DNA of 64,000 nucleotides from Squalus acanthias (Eukaryota), in assembly GCA_030390025.1 (NCBI GenBank), contig CM059432.1, forward strand, positions 70,062,001 through 70,126,000, given 5' to 3'. The notes beneath the pieces are model-generated. The model had not been told where the DNA came from and searched no databases. It saw nothing but the letters and a program-made list of their open reading frames with translations. This document shows, piece by piece, positions 1 to 14,007 of the stretch. Every line of letters starts with the position of its first letter. Within the stretch, counting starts at the first letter, position 1. The translations under genes and the position numbers were made by a program.

Positions 1-165
1 GTCCCACAGGTTCCAGTCGGGTCAGTTTGGGAGCGGCTAACCCGACACTCACGAAAATCGGGTGGGGGCGGGATGGAGGCGGGTTGGGTGTCTGAAGCCA
101 TTTTTCCGATTTTTGCAACAGACCCGCCTCCAAACCTGCCTCCTCAGGGCTATTAAAATTGAGCC
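1..165. mobile_element. Right end of a Harbinger-type MITE (truncated by window start)
   Basis: Ends in AAAATTGAGCC with CCCGCCTCCAAACC subterminal motifs like the other Harbinger termini here; CR1 sequence follows at 166. Confidence 0.7.
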
Positions 166-1845
166 ATTTGTGTCTGTCTTTATGGAAGAAGACACAAAAA
201 CTTCCCAGAAATAGTGGAGAACCAATTGTCTAGCGAGAATGAGGAACTGAAAGAAATTAGTATTAGTAAAAAAATAGTACTGGAGAAATTAATGGGACTG
301 AAAGCCGAGAAATCCCCTAGACCTGATGACCTAGATCTGAGGGTTTTAAAAGAGGTGGCTATAGAGATAGTGGTTGTCATTTTCCAAAATTCCATAGATT
401 CCAGAATGGTTCCCACGGATTGGAAGTAGCAATTGTAACCCCACTATTTAAGAAAGGAGGGAGAGAGAAAACGGGGAACTACAGACCAGTTAGCCTGACA
501 TCAGTAGTAGGGAAAATGCTAGAATCTATTATTAAGGACATGGTAACAGGGCACTTAGAAAGAATAATAGGATTGGGTAGAGTCAACATGGATTTATGAA
601 AGGGAAATCGTGTTTGACAAATCTGTTAGACTTTTTTGAGGTTGTAACTAGTAGAATAGATAAGGGGGATCCAATGGATGTGGTGTATTTTAGATTTTCA
701 GAAGGCTTTCGATAAGGTGCCACACAAGAGGTTATTAAACAAAATTAGGGCTCATAGGATTGGGGGTAATATACTAACATGGATTGAGGATTGGTTAATG
801 GACAGAAAACAGAGAGTAGGACTAAACGGGTCATTTTCGGGTTGGCAGGCAGTAACTAGTGGGGTACTGCAAGGATCAGTGCTTGGGCCTCAGCTATTCA
901 CAATCTACATCAATGATTTGGATGAGGGGACTAAATGTAATATATCCAAGTTTGCTGATGATACAAAGCTGGGTGGGAATCTAAGTCATGAGGAGGTTGC
1001 AAGGGGGCTTCAAGGGGATATAGACAAGCAAAGTGATGGAATATAATGTGGAGAAATGTGAAGTTATCCACTTTGGTAGTAAAAATAGAAAAGCAGAGTA
1101 TTTTTTTAAATGGTGAGAGATTGGGAAATGTTGGTGTTCAGAGGGACCTGGGTATCCTTGTACACGAATCACTGAAAGTTAACATGCAGGTACAGCAAGC
1201 AATTAGGAAAGCAAATGGTATGTTGGCCTTTATTACAAGAGGATTTGAGTATAAGAGTAAAGACATCTTACTGCAATTATATAGGGCCCTGGTGAGACCG
1301 CACCTGGAGTATTGTGTACAGTTTTGGTCTCCTTACCTAAGGAAGGATATACTTGCCATAGAGGGAGTGCAACGAAGGTTCACTAGACTGGTTCCTGGGA
1401 TGGGAGGATTGTCCTATGAGGAGAGATTGAGTAGACTAGGCCTATATTCTCTAGAGTTCAGGAGAATGAGAGTTGATCTCATTGAAACACGCAAGGTTCT
1501 TACAGGGCTTGACAGGGTAGATACAGGGAGGATGTTTCCCCTGGTTGGGAAGCCTAGAACCAGGGGTCACAGTCTCAGAATAGGGGTCGACCATTTAGGA
1601 CTGAGATGAGGAGAAATTTCTTCACTCAGAGAGTGGTGAATCTTTGGAATTCTCTACCCCAGAGGACTGTGGAGGTTCAGTCATTGAGTATATTCAAGAC
1701 AGAGATCGATAGATTTTTGAATATTAAGGGAATCAAGGGATATGGGGATAGTGCAGGAAAGTGGAGATGAGGTAGAAGATCAGCCATGATCTTATTGGCT
1801 CGAAGGGCCAAATGGCCTACTCCTGCTCCTATTTCCTATGTTCTT
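166..1845 (+). mobile_element. CR1 LINE, 3' part of ORF2 (frameshifted reverse transcriptase) and 3' UTR
   Basis: ORF pieces 214-429, 678-1046 ([29 protein letters not shown]) and 1046-1609 (LVRPHLEYCVQFWSP); tail TCCTATGTTCT. Confidence 0.95.
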
Positions 1846-2175
1846 TTTATCTTTTCCCACCAAAGTGGATAACTTCACACTTCCCTACATTGTATTCCAT
1901 TTGCCATGTTTTTCCCTACTCAGTCAACCTGTTTATATCTCTCTGAAGCCTCTTTGCATCCTCCTCACAGCTTACTTTCCCCCCTAACTTTGTATCATCA
2001 GCAAACTTGGATACGTTACACTCAGTCCCTTCATCTAAGTCATTAATATAGATTGTAAATAGCTGAGGCCCCAGCACTGATCCTTGCAGTACCCTGTGAG
2101 TTACAGACTGCCAACCTGAAAAAGTCCCGTTTATTCCTACTCTCTGTTTTCTGTCCAGTAACCAATCCTCAATAA
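1846..2175 (-). mobile_element. CR1 LINE RT fragment
   Basis: ORF 1916-2191(-) [17 protein letters not shown]...KFADDTKL. Confidence 0.9.
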
Positions 2176-2176
2176 T

Positions 2177-2250
2177 GCTCCTGTGAAGCACCTTGGGACA
2201 GTTTTACTATGTTAAAGGCACTATATAAATGCAAGTAGTTGTTGTTGTTA
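2177..2250 (+). mobile_element. L2-type LINE/SINE 3' tail
   Basis: CTGTGAAGCACCTTGGGAC...AAGGCACTATATAAATGCAAG followed by (TTG)n; resembles the SINE tail at 29452-29510. Confidence 0.7.
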
Positions 2251-2430
2251 ATCATTCTGATGATTGATTCATTTTGCTTCTGTGTTATTTCTGCCTTACA
2301 ATAAAAAAAACACTAATTAGTAGCATTTAGCCTGAATATAGTTTGTCAGTTTGCTATTTTCCATTGATTTCAGAGGTCAGTGGTAAAAAGGATTCATCGT
2401 TCATCCTGAACACAGTACACACTAGATACT

Positions 2431-2523
2431 GGGGGTAATTTTGACTTTGGGTGATAGTTTAAAATGGGTAACTGAATCGATTTTGTCCATTTTATACTAC
2501 CACCCAAAGTCAAAACTACCCCC
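2431..2523. mobile_element. 93-bp palindromic Harbinger-like MITE
   Basis: GGGGGTAATTTTGACTTTGGGTG...CACCCAAAGTCAAAACTACCCCC; the whole element folds back. Confidence 0.75.
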
Positions 2524-3843
2524 ATAGTGTGTACAAGGTCATATTTCTTTTCATAGTGTGGGCTTACCTATCAAAGTACACTTTTGCATTGGGCACAAGT
2601 AGAAAAGTGAGAACCACAAGTCTCTTTGCACTTGCACAAGTCTTCAGTCACTTACTTCAACCCAACGTGTGGTTTTGTGGTTATATCTGTGACCCACCAT
2701 TAACACTGTCTGCAGTTTAGCACAATTTATTTCAAAAATAAAAGTAAAAATTTGAAAATACTAATTTTATGCACACAATTTCTTGGTTTTCTGGCTAAAT
2801 AAAATATCACTCTCCCTAACTAAATAATAATGGAAATGTATTTAAACCAATAAATTTAGGAAATTCAACCAAGCTTTCCTTTGCATTGAGCACACAAGTA
2901 ACCCTACCCCTAGTGCATATCTTATTCACTGCATTTTTGCAAAGATATTTGTTGGGAAATATTACTTCTGAGTACTTTAGATTACAATGAGACTGATTGT
3001 GGTCCAAAAGAAGTGGTGCACATAACCAGGGCACTGACTATATTTCGAAATTCCAGTTGGAAAACGTGAGTGTTGAATTTTCTGTGGGCCATGCTTCTTG
3101 TTATAAATGTAAAGGATGATTAAGATTAATGAACAGAAAATCCCAGGCTGTGTGCCCATGATTTCCCAAACTTTAAGTGAGTGCTACTCCCTGGTGGAAA
3201 CATCATATTATGAAATCTCCATTATGGGCTCTTCCAAGCCATGACTCCAGTATTTAGCCAACTATCATTCAAATTGACTCCTACAGTATATGGTTTATCA
3301 GTCATCATGTTTCTGCATGAATAATCTGTGGTAGTCATCTCATCACAATGAAGAGTGCTCAGCCAGTATTAAGTACACTTATTTTGCCATTTGATAACAT
3401 ATAATGGTAAAACTTAAAAACTCCAATTGTAGCTTATAAAGTTGGAGTTAGTATCCTGGGGATTTGCTTCATTAGCTTTGTGGGCTTGAGAGAAATTTCA
3501 GTTTAATGTGGTAGGAAGTTTTATTTGTGGATTAAATGGGTTGGGTACAAATTCTACATGGACTGTGGATGAAGTAGATTTGATGAGACAAATAAGAGGA
3601 GATTTTCCTTCCCCAGGAATCCCAGATGCAATTTGGGCAGGAACAATGCGACAAGGACCTGGACTTTAGCGCCCAAACTTCTTCTGCCTCATTCGAATAG
3701 AGTGGACATCTGCCAGGTGCACTATTGGGCACAGACCCACAGCGGAGAGGAAGTCCACATGCTTCTTGGGTCTTAAAGGCACAACAGTATTAAAGAGGCT
3801 AGTGCAGCCGCAGCTCCATGATAAACGCTACTGTTTAAAACTA

Positions 3844-4689
3844 GGGGGGGGGGCGAACTTGCCAGCCCTGGGGAGGTGGGTATGGAGGCGGGACTGCCGG
3901 GAAAATGGCAGAATTTGGGGACGGGTGCCCAACCCGCCCCCAACCCGCCTCCATGCCATCTTGCCAGGAGGCGGATAGCCGTGTCCCATCTCTTTGGAGG
4001 CGGGAAGGGATTAAAGTCTATTAACTGCCTGTTAACAGGTAGTTAACAGGCAGAAAATAGGATTATCCCCTTTTTGCCCTCACAAGTGCGGGCTTCCCGA
4101 AGGCTCCGAAACCCGCCAGGTCAGCGAGGCGAGTACTGGGTCTGCGGGGGTCGGGGGGGGGGGGTTGCAAAAGTGTGGTGTGTAGGTAAGTGATGGGTGC
4201 AAGAGTGGAGAGGTGAGTATCTGAGGTAAGTGCAAAGTGTTAGTAAAAGTGTACCTACCTTTGTTTCTTCCTGTAGGCTTTAGTCGGTGTGTATGCGGAG
4301 AGTCTTAGACCTCCGCAGTAGAGATGACAGATGGCCGTTGCATTCTCCAATGCAACAACCATCTCATTTCTGCAAAAGAAAGAAGTTTGATGAGGTCTTG
4401 AATTCAAGACCTCATCAAACTACAGAGAATGTCAGTGTTTGACAGCGTCACAGAGCTGTCAAACGATGACAATTCATCTGTCAAAAATTTTTGACAGATG
4501 AAACGTCATACGTTGACATTCTCTGCAACTGGCTTTCCCTTAATTGGCCTGCTAAGCCCGCTGGGCAGGCTTAACAAGGTCAATCAAGGGAAAATAGCGT
4601 GGGTTGGCCAGAAGTTGATGGAGGCGGGCTGAAACCCGACAAGTGGGAGTCCCGCCTCCAAAAGCTCCCCATTGAGAAAATCACCCCCC
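3844..4689 (+). mobile_element. Harbinger non-autonomous element, family A (~850 bp)
   Basis: Near-identical to 8078-8923 and 49578-50420; G-rich TIRs; internal palindromes. Confidence 0.9.
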
Positions 4690-4801
4690 AGGATTCTATG
4701 GCACTCTGGAATTGCCTTTAGTTTCTTTCAAAAATACTGAAGTAAAATGTTTACAAGAGCCCGTCTCCATTAAGCCTGTTTGAAGGTTTTTCAACACCAG
4801 A

Positions 4802-5383
4802 GCCCCGATTTTAACACAGGGTGGGAATTGGGCACTGCCCAAGTGGGCATTAAACTGGCCTGAACTCCGCAGAATAAGGCCTGGGAGATTTTTGCTCCTG
4901 GGCCACATTTCCATTCCCCCATCCAGTTTCCAAAATCATCAGAAAGCGGCAGTTGGCCATCAGGCGGGAGCGCAATGGCAGGCAGCAGGAGGTTGCAGGT
5001 GGGGACTGAAGGAACTGTCCCTGTGCACTTGGGTAGGTTGATCGATGAGGGGAGGAGGGCTGCAGGGAAGGCCTTTTGGAAAGTAATTTTTTTTTTAAGT
5101 TACCTCTTTAGGCCAACTCCTCTTCCCACTAGGTTAGCCTGGCGGGAAAGCCACAGCCCCACTCAGACCTGCAGTTAAAATAGCAGTTGGGCCTTGATTA
5201 TGTCATCGGAGTCCAATCTGCATCTTTCAAGAAGGTCCCCTCCAGTTTCCGGTTTCTGTCGGGTGTCCTTGCCTGCTCAGCTACGAGATCGGTGGGAGGG
5301 CATCTAGCGGATTGGCTCGCCCGCTTTTTGTAGAACCCACCCAATATTGATCATATTGATTTCAATATGATGAAAATCAGGCC
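4802..5383. mobile_element. Older Harbinger-like MITE
   Basis: Termini GCCCCGATTTTA / TGAAAATCAGGCC; internal similarity to 42840-43591. Confidence 0.65.
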
Positions 5384-5789
5384 GGTTCTCAAACAGGTAG
5401 CCTTCCGCTCTGCCAAATTACTACCCAGTTAAATTTGTTCCCATCTTGTTGCATTGTCTCTCATCTTGCTTGGTCTTTGTGACTCATGTTTTTCCTATGC
5501 ATTCATTGCTTTTTGTGTCAGTGCCATTTTCTTCCAAAGTTACACACTGACTTGATGTTTTGCCTTAAACATTAATCACAATTGAACTTTGGAGCAAATG
5601 TTGGACACCCTTGGTACATTTCCTTACAGACCTAACAAAATTTAAACTTACTCTGGAAATATATGTGTAAGGAAGCAGTTAGACTCGTTTCAAAATAAAA
5701 ACATTATCATTTTCTATTGACATATATCTTCAGCCCATCAACCTCTGAACAATTTCTTCCATTGCATCACTCATACTAATTGATTAACT

Positions 5790-6440
5790 GTGTGCCAGTT
5801 CTCTCAGGCTCCACACTGCATTTTAAATTTGAGTTTTAATCCACCTCAAAGAATGCAAAATACAGTTTACCTTCAACAAATCCACGCTGGCAGTCCTTGA
5901 TTAGTCCATGCATTTATAAATGCTTACTAATTTTATATTGACTAATGGATTTTAAGAGTTTTACCACAACTGATGTTAGACTAACTGGTCTATAATTACC
6001 CACTTTATCCTTCTCAAACAAGGGTGTTACATAAACTATTCTCCAGTCTAATGGCATCATTTGTATATTGGGATAGTTAAAATCACCCAGTATTATTGCG
6101 CTGCTGATTTGCATTTATTTCTGAACTGTCTGCAAATCTCTATATCTAGTTATCTCTACTGTTTAGAGGTCTGTGATGCACACCAAGAATTATACTATTT
6201 CCCTTCTTATTTCCTCTTACCATATGGGTTCTGTCTTAATGCAACCCCTTAGGAAATCCTTGTGTTCTAATGCTTTGATAGAATCCTTCAGTAACACTGT
6301 CACCACACCCCCACATCGCTGTTATAGTATCATATCCCTCCATAGTTAGCAATGTTTCTAACACCAATACTTTTTGCATTCACCACTCAGTCCTGATTCC
6401 AATCTTTTGAAACATTGACCTATTCTTTTTTCTAGTTTTA
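5790..6440 (-). mobile_element. Degraded CR1 LINE fragments (EN and RT parts joined)
   Basis: ORF 5914-6114(-) joins ILGDFNYPNI to VTPLFEK...GNYRPVSLTSVV. Confidence 0.8.
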
Positions 6441-8077
6441 TCATTTATTTTTTTGATATTCCTTGCCCTTTCAACAGCAACATTTATTTTATTTCTCACT
6501 AAATCATAGCCTCTTTCTTTTCCTTCCTTCTCTGATAATATTTTCTCACTATTTATTTCATCTAAGCCTTCCGCTTCTATTCCAATAGCTTTATTAATCC
6601 TGCTCTCCCTCTCTAGTCTTCAACCTAGATTTGCTCCACCCCACCAGATTAGTTAAAATCCTGCCACACTGCTCCATTTACCCTCTCCATAAGGACATTG
6701 GTGTTGTTTCAATTTAGTTGAAGACCATTCCCCCTTCAACATAGCCTTCCCTTGTTCCAGAAGTTGCTTCAATGCCCCAATATTCGAAGCATATTTTGTC
6801 TTGCAGTATCAAATGGCTTGCCTTGTAATCCCAGGATAATTCTCTGGAAATGCTTTCCAAAGAGCTGGTTACAGCCTGCAGATGCCTTAGTGCAATCACA
6901 AAGATTAATTATTGTGGGGAATTAGGCCTTCATGTTCTTTTCATTAACATGCATAAATATTGGAGTTCGATGATTTTAGCCATAAGGAGACTGCTGTCAT
7001 TTAAGCATTGTTAGAACCTATTGCTATCACTTCCTACACTTATGATTGTTTAATAAAATTTAAAATTACAGACGTTAATGGAGATTTTGCAGCACAACTA
7101 GGGGAGTTTGAGTGTGACCGTGTGGCAGTTTCATGCTTAATGTATGAGATTTGACAGGTATGTAAATTGTATCTCACAAAGCAAAATACTTCAAAATGAC
7201 TCAGAATAGAATACGGTAGTCAAATGTGCTTGACACGAGTGCAGTAAATGTAATTTAGAGAAATCAATGTGTTTCAGGAATATGTGGAGCAGGTTCATAG
7301 AAAGCAAAAGAAACAGAAACTCTTGGAGAAAGCAAGCATTTGTTCATGGAAAATGTCTGATAGTCTTGTCTCGGTTTCAAGAGCTGACAGGAGCAAAGAT
7401 TTTCCAATAATGCGCTACCCAACAACTTCCAGTTGGGCAGAACATGTAGGCAGAAAGCTTTTGCCAAAATCAAACTAAAGCTTCATTCTTATATTATGAA
7501 ATTCAAATGATTGCTAATCAAAAGATCACAGAATAATTATGGATGAGGAAAGCCATCCTATTTCATCCATCCAGAAGTTCCCTAAATTCCCTCCATTTCA
7601 GCATTTCTGGCTGCTGGAGCAAAGTATTCCCTGCGCTGAATGTGCATGCATAATAATCATTCAAATTATTGCAAAACAGTGTGATGGTGAGCAAAAACTA
7701 TGATATGGCATGCATAATTTACATACCTTAGTCATATCAAGTAGTGATGGACAGTCCTGTCTTGGCTGACCTAGTGACGCCTCTGAACTACTTACTCAAT
7801 TGCATCTGGTTCCTCTGAGTGATGCTCTCTGAATTGACAAGGTCTGTCATCTATTGCACTTGGTGCCACTCTCCTGAGGTTTGTGCCCGGGAGTGCCAAT
7901 GATGGCAACCTCACTTGCTACAGCAACATTTGCAATAAAGCATTATTGAATATTATAGCACATGCATGGCCCCCATGCAAAAACTAAAGACAAGTTGTGT
8001 TAGAAAATTTGCTGCAAAAAAGCCTTCTCTATTAATGTGCTGCAGGACTTTCACACCTGCAACAGCACAGAAATACT

Positions 8078-8923
8078 GGGCTGGATTTTGCCAGCCCTGG
8101 GGAGGCGGGTTTGGAGGCATGACTGCCGGGAAAATGGCAGAATTTGGGGGCGGGTGCCCAACCCGCCCCCAACCCGCCTCCATGCCATCTTGCCAGGAGG
8201 TGAGTAGCCGTCCCGCGCTGGGTCCCGTCTCCTTGGAGGCGGGAAGGGATTACAGCCACTTAACTGCCTGTTAACAAGTAGTTAACAGGCAGAAAATAGG
8301 ATTATCCCCATTTAGCCCACACAAGTGCGGGCTTCCCGAAGGCTCCGAAACCCGCCAGGGTCACTGAGGCGAGTAGTGGGTCTGCGGGGGTCGGAGGGGT
8401 CCAAAAGTGTGCTGTGGAGGTAAGTGATGGGTGCAAGTGTGGAGAGGTGAGTATCTGAGGTAAGTGCAAAATGTTAGTAAAAGTGTACTTACCTTTGTTT
8501 CTTCCTGCAGGCGTCAATCGATGGGTGTGCGGAGAGTCTCGCACCTCCGTGGTAGAGATGACAGATGGCCGTTGCATTCTCCAATGCAACAACCATCTAA
8601 TTTCTACAAAAGAAAGAGGTATGATGAGGTCTTGAATTCAAGAACTCATCAAACTACAGAGAATGTAAGTGTTTGACAGCTTCACAGAGCTGTCAAACGA
8701 TGACAATTCATCTGTCAAAAATTTTTGACAGATGAAACGTCCTACGTTGACGTTCTCTGTAACCGGCTTTCCCTTAATTGGCCTGCTAAGCCCGCTGGGC
8801 GGGCTTAACAAGGTCAATCAAGGGAAAATAGCGTGGGTTGGCCAGAAGTTGATGGAGGCGGGACTGAAACCCAACAAGTGGGAGTCCCGCCTCCAAAAGC
8901 TCCCCATTGGCAAAATCCAACCC
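8078..8923 (+). mobile_element. Harbinger non-autonomous element, family A
   Basis: TIRs GGGCTGGATTTTGCCA / TGGCAAAATCCAACCC; copy of 3844-4689. Confidence 0.92.
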
Positions 8924-10594
8924 ACCATCTCAGATAAATGAAGCAGGTTCTGAAGTTGCAGCAGATTAACACTCAACTGATGTGGTGGTTGCAAAATCCA
9001 CTGCATCCCCCTCCCACTGAGTTCACACTTGTATCAGAAAATATAGGTTTTAATATATTCAAAAGTGGTAAATTGAATTTTTCTAGCTAATACTTTGTTG
9101 GGCCTTTTGATGAGCTGCCTGAGTGAATGGCATTTTAGACTCTATGATATCGTTAAAGATTTTAAAAAACAGAAAATGTGGAGCAAAACCAAATGTTGAG
9201 GACATCACAATGTGTGCAATAGTGCAGGGGCCAGTTTGACACTGGTATCAATGTTGGTATTTGTGGGCAGTGCATAGATATGTTGCCTGCTCACACTGCT
9301 CCTCAATCTGGTAAATCAGCTCCGTTTATTGCTGTTCAAATAGCAGTGGAATTTTTGAAGCTACAAAAAAAGTGCTTACTGTCTCATTCTCTTTTTAACA
9401 TTAACATCAGAACACATGGAAATTTTCAAAATTCACCTGTGTCTGGTTGCAATTATACAGCAAACAGATGATCTAGTTAATTTTGCCTAAGTAGTCTCAC
9501 ACCACCACAGATTGAATCACTCTTATTTTATTGCATATAAATTGCAGTCATACTACACTTCTTATTTCAGTATAACACGAAAAGTACATCATGCTAATTT
9601 GGGCCTAGATTTTCCATTTAAGTTATGCGGACCCATGGTGTAGCTCAGACAGACTTGGACATGAAATGCAATGGAACTGATCCACCAGCTCCCTCCTCAC
9701 CCAGCTGCTTATGGGATTTCTTTCCAAAGTCTGCCATAATATGGGTAGGTGTATTTTCATAACATATAAATGGTGGAAATACGATGAATCTGATTAATTT
9801 CCTGCCATTAGTGCCATAGCTCTGCTGGCCAGCATTGCTATGGGTGGAATGGGGGTCATTTAAAATTTAATCAGCCCAAGAGCTTATTCAATTGATTGCT
9901 GAGTGCCACATTAAAAAAAAAATTAAAAAAAATGTGAATTTATACTGGCAGCATTGAGGCTACCATCTATACAGCAGGTTTGGAGCCCCACCATGCCAAT
10001 TTGTCACTCCTACTCCAGGTATACTCCTCAGAGGCAAGAATTATGTAAATCACCCAAGGCTAGGGGTGGGGGCAGAGAAACTGTCTGGGGTTAGAGGCGC
10101 AGGTGGAATTCCTGCCACACCAAAGACACGACGTTCTCACCTCTTTTTGCCGCTATCAGAAATTGCGGGCTGCGTAGAGGTGGGTGCATGATATGCTTGC
10201 TCATAAGTGAGCAGGTGTATTGTGACACCACACAAATTGACACATAAAAATGCGCGAAATATGTCAGACAACATATTTCGTGCCATTTGTATCTTCTCAA
10301 CACTGGGCACAAGGGATGCCAGTAAATGCAGCCGGGGAGATGGGGGAATTTACTTTTTTGAAGGCCAGTTTCCTGAAAGCATTGTGATCGATTGCTTTTG
10401 GGAAACCTGCCATCAGCAACAGCAATATAAATCTTTGAAGCTCTTGGGTCGACTTACATTGTGGAGGGGCTAAATCCCTCCTCTTCCCCCTCCTCCCATC
10501 TAGGAAGGCATTCCATTATGGGGCAGGTGGAAGTTCCTAACCCAAATCCACCCCAGAAGGTCTAGCCCAGAATTCCAGCCCTAATATATAAATT

Positions 10595-11290
10595 GGAACA
10601 ATGGCAGATGAAACTTAATAGGGACAAGTGAAAAATATTATGCATAGGAAATTAAAATGGCTGCCGTAACTTCTCCACGAATAGACAAAGTTGAAAGAGA
10701 CCTGACGATTTTAGTAGCTTTGATGCTCAACGTGCCTCATCATTATGGAGCAGTAATCAACAGAGCGTGCTGAACTATAGAGGCAATGTAATAAATCAGA
10801 GGAAGTCGTACTTAAACTGTACGCTGCTGTGGTCTGACTGCACCTTGAATATCGTGGCTGATTTTGATCACCAAGACACAAGGGTGACATTAAAGCCCTG
10901 GAGGCAGTGCAGAGAAGAGCCATAAGACTGATCACTAGTGTTCAGGCACTGAGTTATGAAGAAAGATTGGACAAACTTAAGATTTTCAGCCTTGAAGGGA
11001 GGCGACTGTGAGATGACATAATAGAGATTTACAAGATCGTAAACAGTATAAAAAATGTAAAACAATTTATGCCATGACATTAAAACAAATGGGCACAGGT
11101 AATAAAAGGCAAATTTAGGAAGCTCTTCACACAAGAGTGTTCAACACGTGGAAATGGATTTCTGGGTAAGGTAGTAGAGACTAAAACTCGAATCCTGTAA
11201 GCGGCAGCTGGATAATGTGACAAGGGACTGTGAGATTTGGAAGCTAAGATAGGCAAAATGGCCCTCCTCATTGGTATCTATCTTGTGAAC
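10595..11290 (+). mobile_element. Old CR1 LINE 3' fragment
   Basis: Degenerate RT C-terminal sequence (CAATGGCAGATGAAACTTAAT, CACCTTGAATAT, GCAGTGCAGAGAAGAGCC) and CR1-like tail. Confidence 0.75.
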
Positions 11291-11959
11291 TCCAAATCTG
11301 CCAGTGTACCCAGAAATCACCATGGTCAAATGTGTGAAACATTTGAGTTTACTCCTAGTTATTCCTGCTCTCTCCAGCTGCACCCTGTTGCACTATCCAT
11401 CTGGGATTAAATCCTGTTACAGTTATAAAATTGCGTTCATTTGGAAACACTGAAATAACATGATATCAAACGTCTACACAATGGCCAAAATAACTTCAAT
11501 TTACCAGTAAGCAGCCTGTTGTGGAGAAAAGGTGCAGGAGTCAAAATCCAAATTTTTTAAAAGTTTGAAAAAAAAATTTCAAGACGGAGGAAAAAAGTAA
11601 CCACTAACAAAATTGCAGGAAAGCATATTTTTGAAATGTACACCTCTTGAGAACATAAGCTTGTTATCAGCAGCAAAAAACAATTGACAGGCGGTAATGA
11701 TTCTTTGATGCTTTTCAAGCAACTAACAAGGCACTTAACCAATATAAATGCTAGAAAGTTCACAATCCAGCTGTGGAGTGCGCAATTATATTAGGCAATA
11801 TCTTCCACGCTGCTAAAGAGCATTGGGAATCCAAACTCCAAGATTCCATCAAAGTCAACTTCAACTTGATGGATAACTATTATAGGCAACAGTAAGGGTG
11901 AAATTAAAAAACATAATTGACGCCCGCTGTTCTAAGTTCAGTGAACATAGTGAGGAGAC

Positions 11960-12889
11960 AGCCTCCAGCAGCCACAGTCCTCCCAGATGCAGCGATGGAC
12001 GGCAAACTGTGAGATGTTAGCTATGTCTCCTGCTGCAAACTGGAAGGATCCACTGGCGAAGAAATTGAGGGCCACGGTGACCTTGACTGCCACTGGGAGA
12101 GCTGTGGTCGCCCAGCTCTGAGGCTGCAGGTCTGGTTGCAGGAGGTGGCAGAGTTCTGTGACCACCTCCTTGGTGAAGCGGAGCCTCCTAATACACTGCT
12201 CCTCTCTAAAGTGGATATACAAGAAGTGCTCTCGGAAGACCCTAGGTGGGTAAGGCCTCCTGTTGAGAGCCCTCCTGGCCCTCCTCCTCCTCCCTCTGCG
12301 CGCATCTTCTCGTCTTCTTCGCTGCCTCCACTCCCCTCTCCCTAAGATACTTGAGCGCGATGGGAACTGCCAGTAGAGCCCCCATGACTGTGAGCAAGTG
12401 TTGTGAGCAGAAGCCTTTAAATAAGAATGAAGGCGTCCTCCACTTGCCCCAACACTCCCTGTTACCTTAGAACCTTGAAAGAAGTTAATAAAGCTGCTGG
12501 AGTTGCAAAACGTTGCACAGAGCCAGTCAAACTGAAGAAATATGTCAGGTGCAAGTTTTTGCTGATGATCCCTTTAAATACCGCTGCTGGAGCCTCCTTC
12601 CTTCTTCCCAATGCTTGCTCAGCTGGTCGCACTTAAGGCATGCCACTAAGTTGAGCGATGAAGTCAAAACTCGCAGAATTGGCGTCAAGTGAGCATTGCA
12701 CACTCACTGACATCACGATCTGCATCATCTACGTAATTTTTGGCGAGCGCTGACATCGGCAGCATTGCCGGCCATCCAAAATGGCGGCTGCTGTGGGACC
12801 CGCCGGCAGCGGACAGAAGTGCAGTGGCAGCCATTTTTTCACCGAATCTGGAGGTAACGGGTGGCACTAAACCGCTAAATTTCTAGGCC
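11960..12889 (-). mobile_element. 5' fragment of a second Harbinger family with transposase N-terminus
   Basis: ORF 11938-12222(-) EEQCIRRLRFTKEVVTELC...[20 protein letters not shown]; terminus GGCCTAGAAATT at 12889. Confidence 0.85.
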
Positions 12890-14007
12890 TATGCCTTTTC
12901 TAATCTGTCCCCATTAGCTCTTTCTGTGCTTCACTTCCAAGAAGGTACGGACTTAATTCAAGTTAAAAATACTATGGGGGGCGATAATCTGATGACGGAG
13001 GAGGCGGGTTTGGAGGCGGGAAAGGCGGGAAAATCAGAAACAATGAGGGCAGGTTCGGAACCCGCCTCCAACCCGCCTCTGCGGGATTTTGCCGGTGCCG
13101 GTTTTGGAGGTCGGGAAACGGTCCTACCTCTAGCTGGCCATGGCACTAGTTAACATCATTAAATGCTCGTTAAGGGCCTCTCTAAGCCTATTTTGAGAGG
13201 CCCTCGTGATTTTTTGAGCATTTCGGCGTGTCCACGACCCTCCTAAACCACGCCAGCTAAACCTGGCGGGTTGACTCGTGGGTGGTCTCCTCACAGCTGC
13301 AGGTTCAACAATACATAGTTTATTTCATCAAGGATTACTTGCAGGTGCCAGAACTTTGCTTTAAAAAGTCTTTGAGCACTTTTAGAAGGCCTTCCGAAGT
13401 CAGAGGTGCTGCAGCTTGAATCTATCAACTGTGGGACCTCCTTGGAAGACCCTCTCCCCGCTTGCAATGAGTGCTTCCCCAACGGAGGCATCTGCAAGCA
13501 GCATGGGAACCATTCGTTTTCTTTCTCCATGGACCTCAAGTGAGCAGAACCAGGCAGCTCAGGAGCAACAGCAGCAGGAGCCCCAACCTGCTGCTCAGCC
13601 ACCTGATGCTGCACAGGGCAGAAGGCGCCAGCGCATCGAGGCACCTCGCTGCAGGAGATACCCCCAACAGAGGGTTTACAGACAAAGGATGAGCTACCTC
13701 AACATGAGTGAGCAGCAGTGCCAAAGGAGGCTGAGACTTTCGCGAGAGGTTGTCCGAGAGATCTGCGGACTGTTGCAGCAAGACCTCATGCCCAGAGGAA
13801 CGGGTGAACACCCTTTACCAGTGGCTGTCAAAGTCACCACCGCACTCAACTTCTTTGCCTCAGGCTCCTTCCAGGAATCATCAGCAGACATCAGCGGCAT
13901 CTCCCAGTCGGCCGCCCACAGTTGCATCTCGCAGGTTACCGATGCCCTTTTTGCTAAGGCCCACAATTACATCCAGTTCACAAGGGATCAAGCAAGTATA
14001 ACCGCCT

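Noticed and set aside
7072..7157. Candidate exon (CAG|...CAG|GTATGT)
   Set aside because: Stops in all three frames and no polypyrimidine tract.
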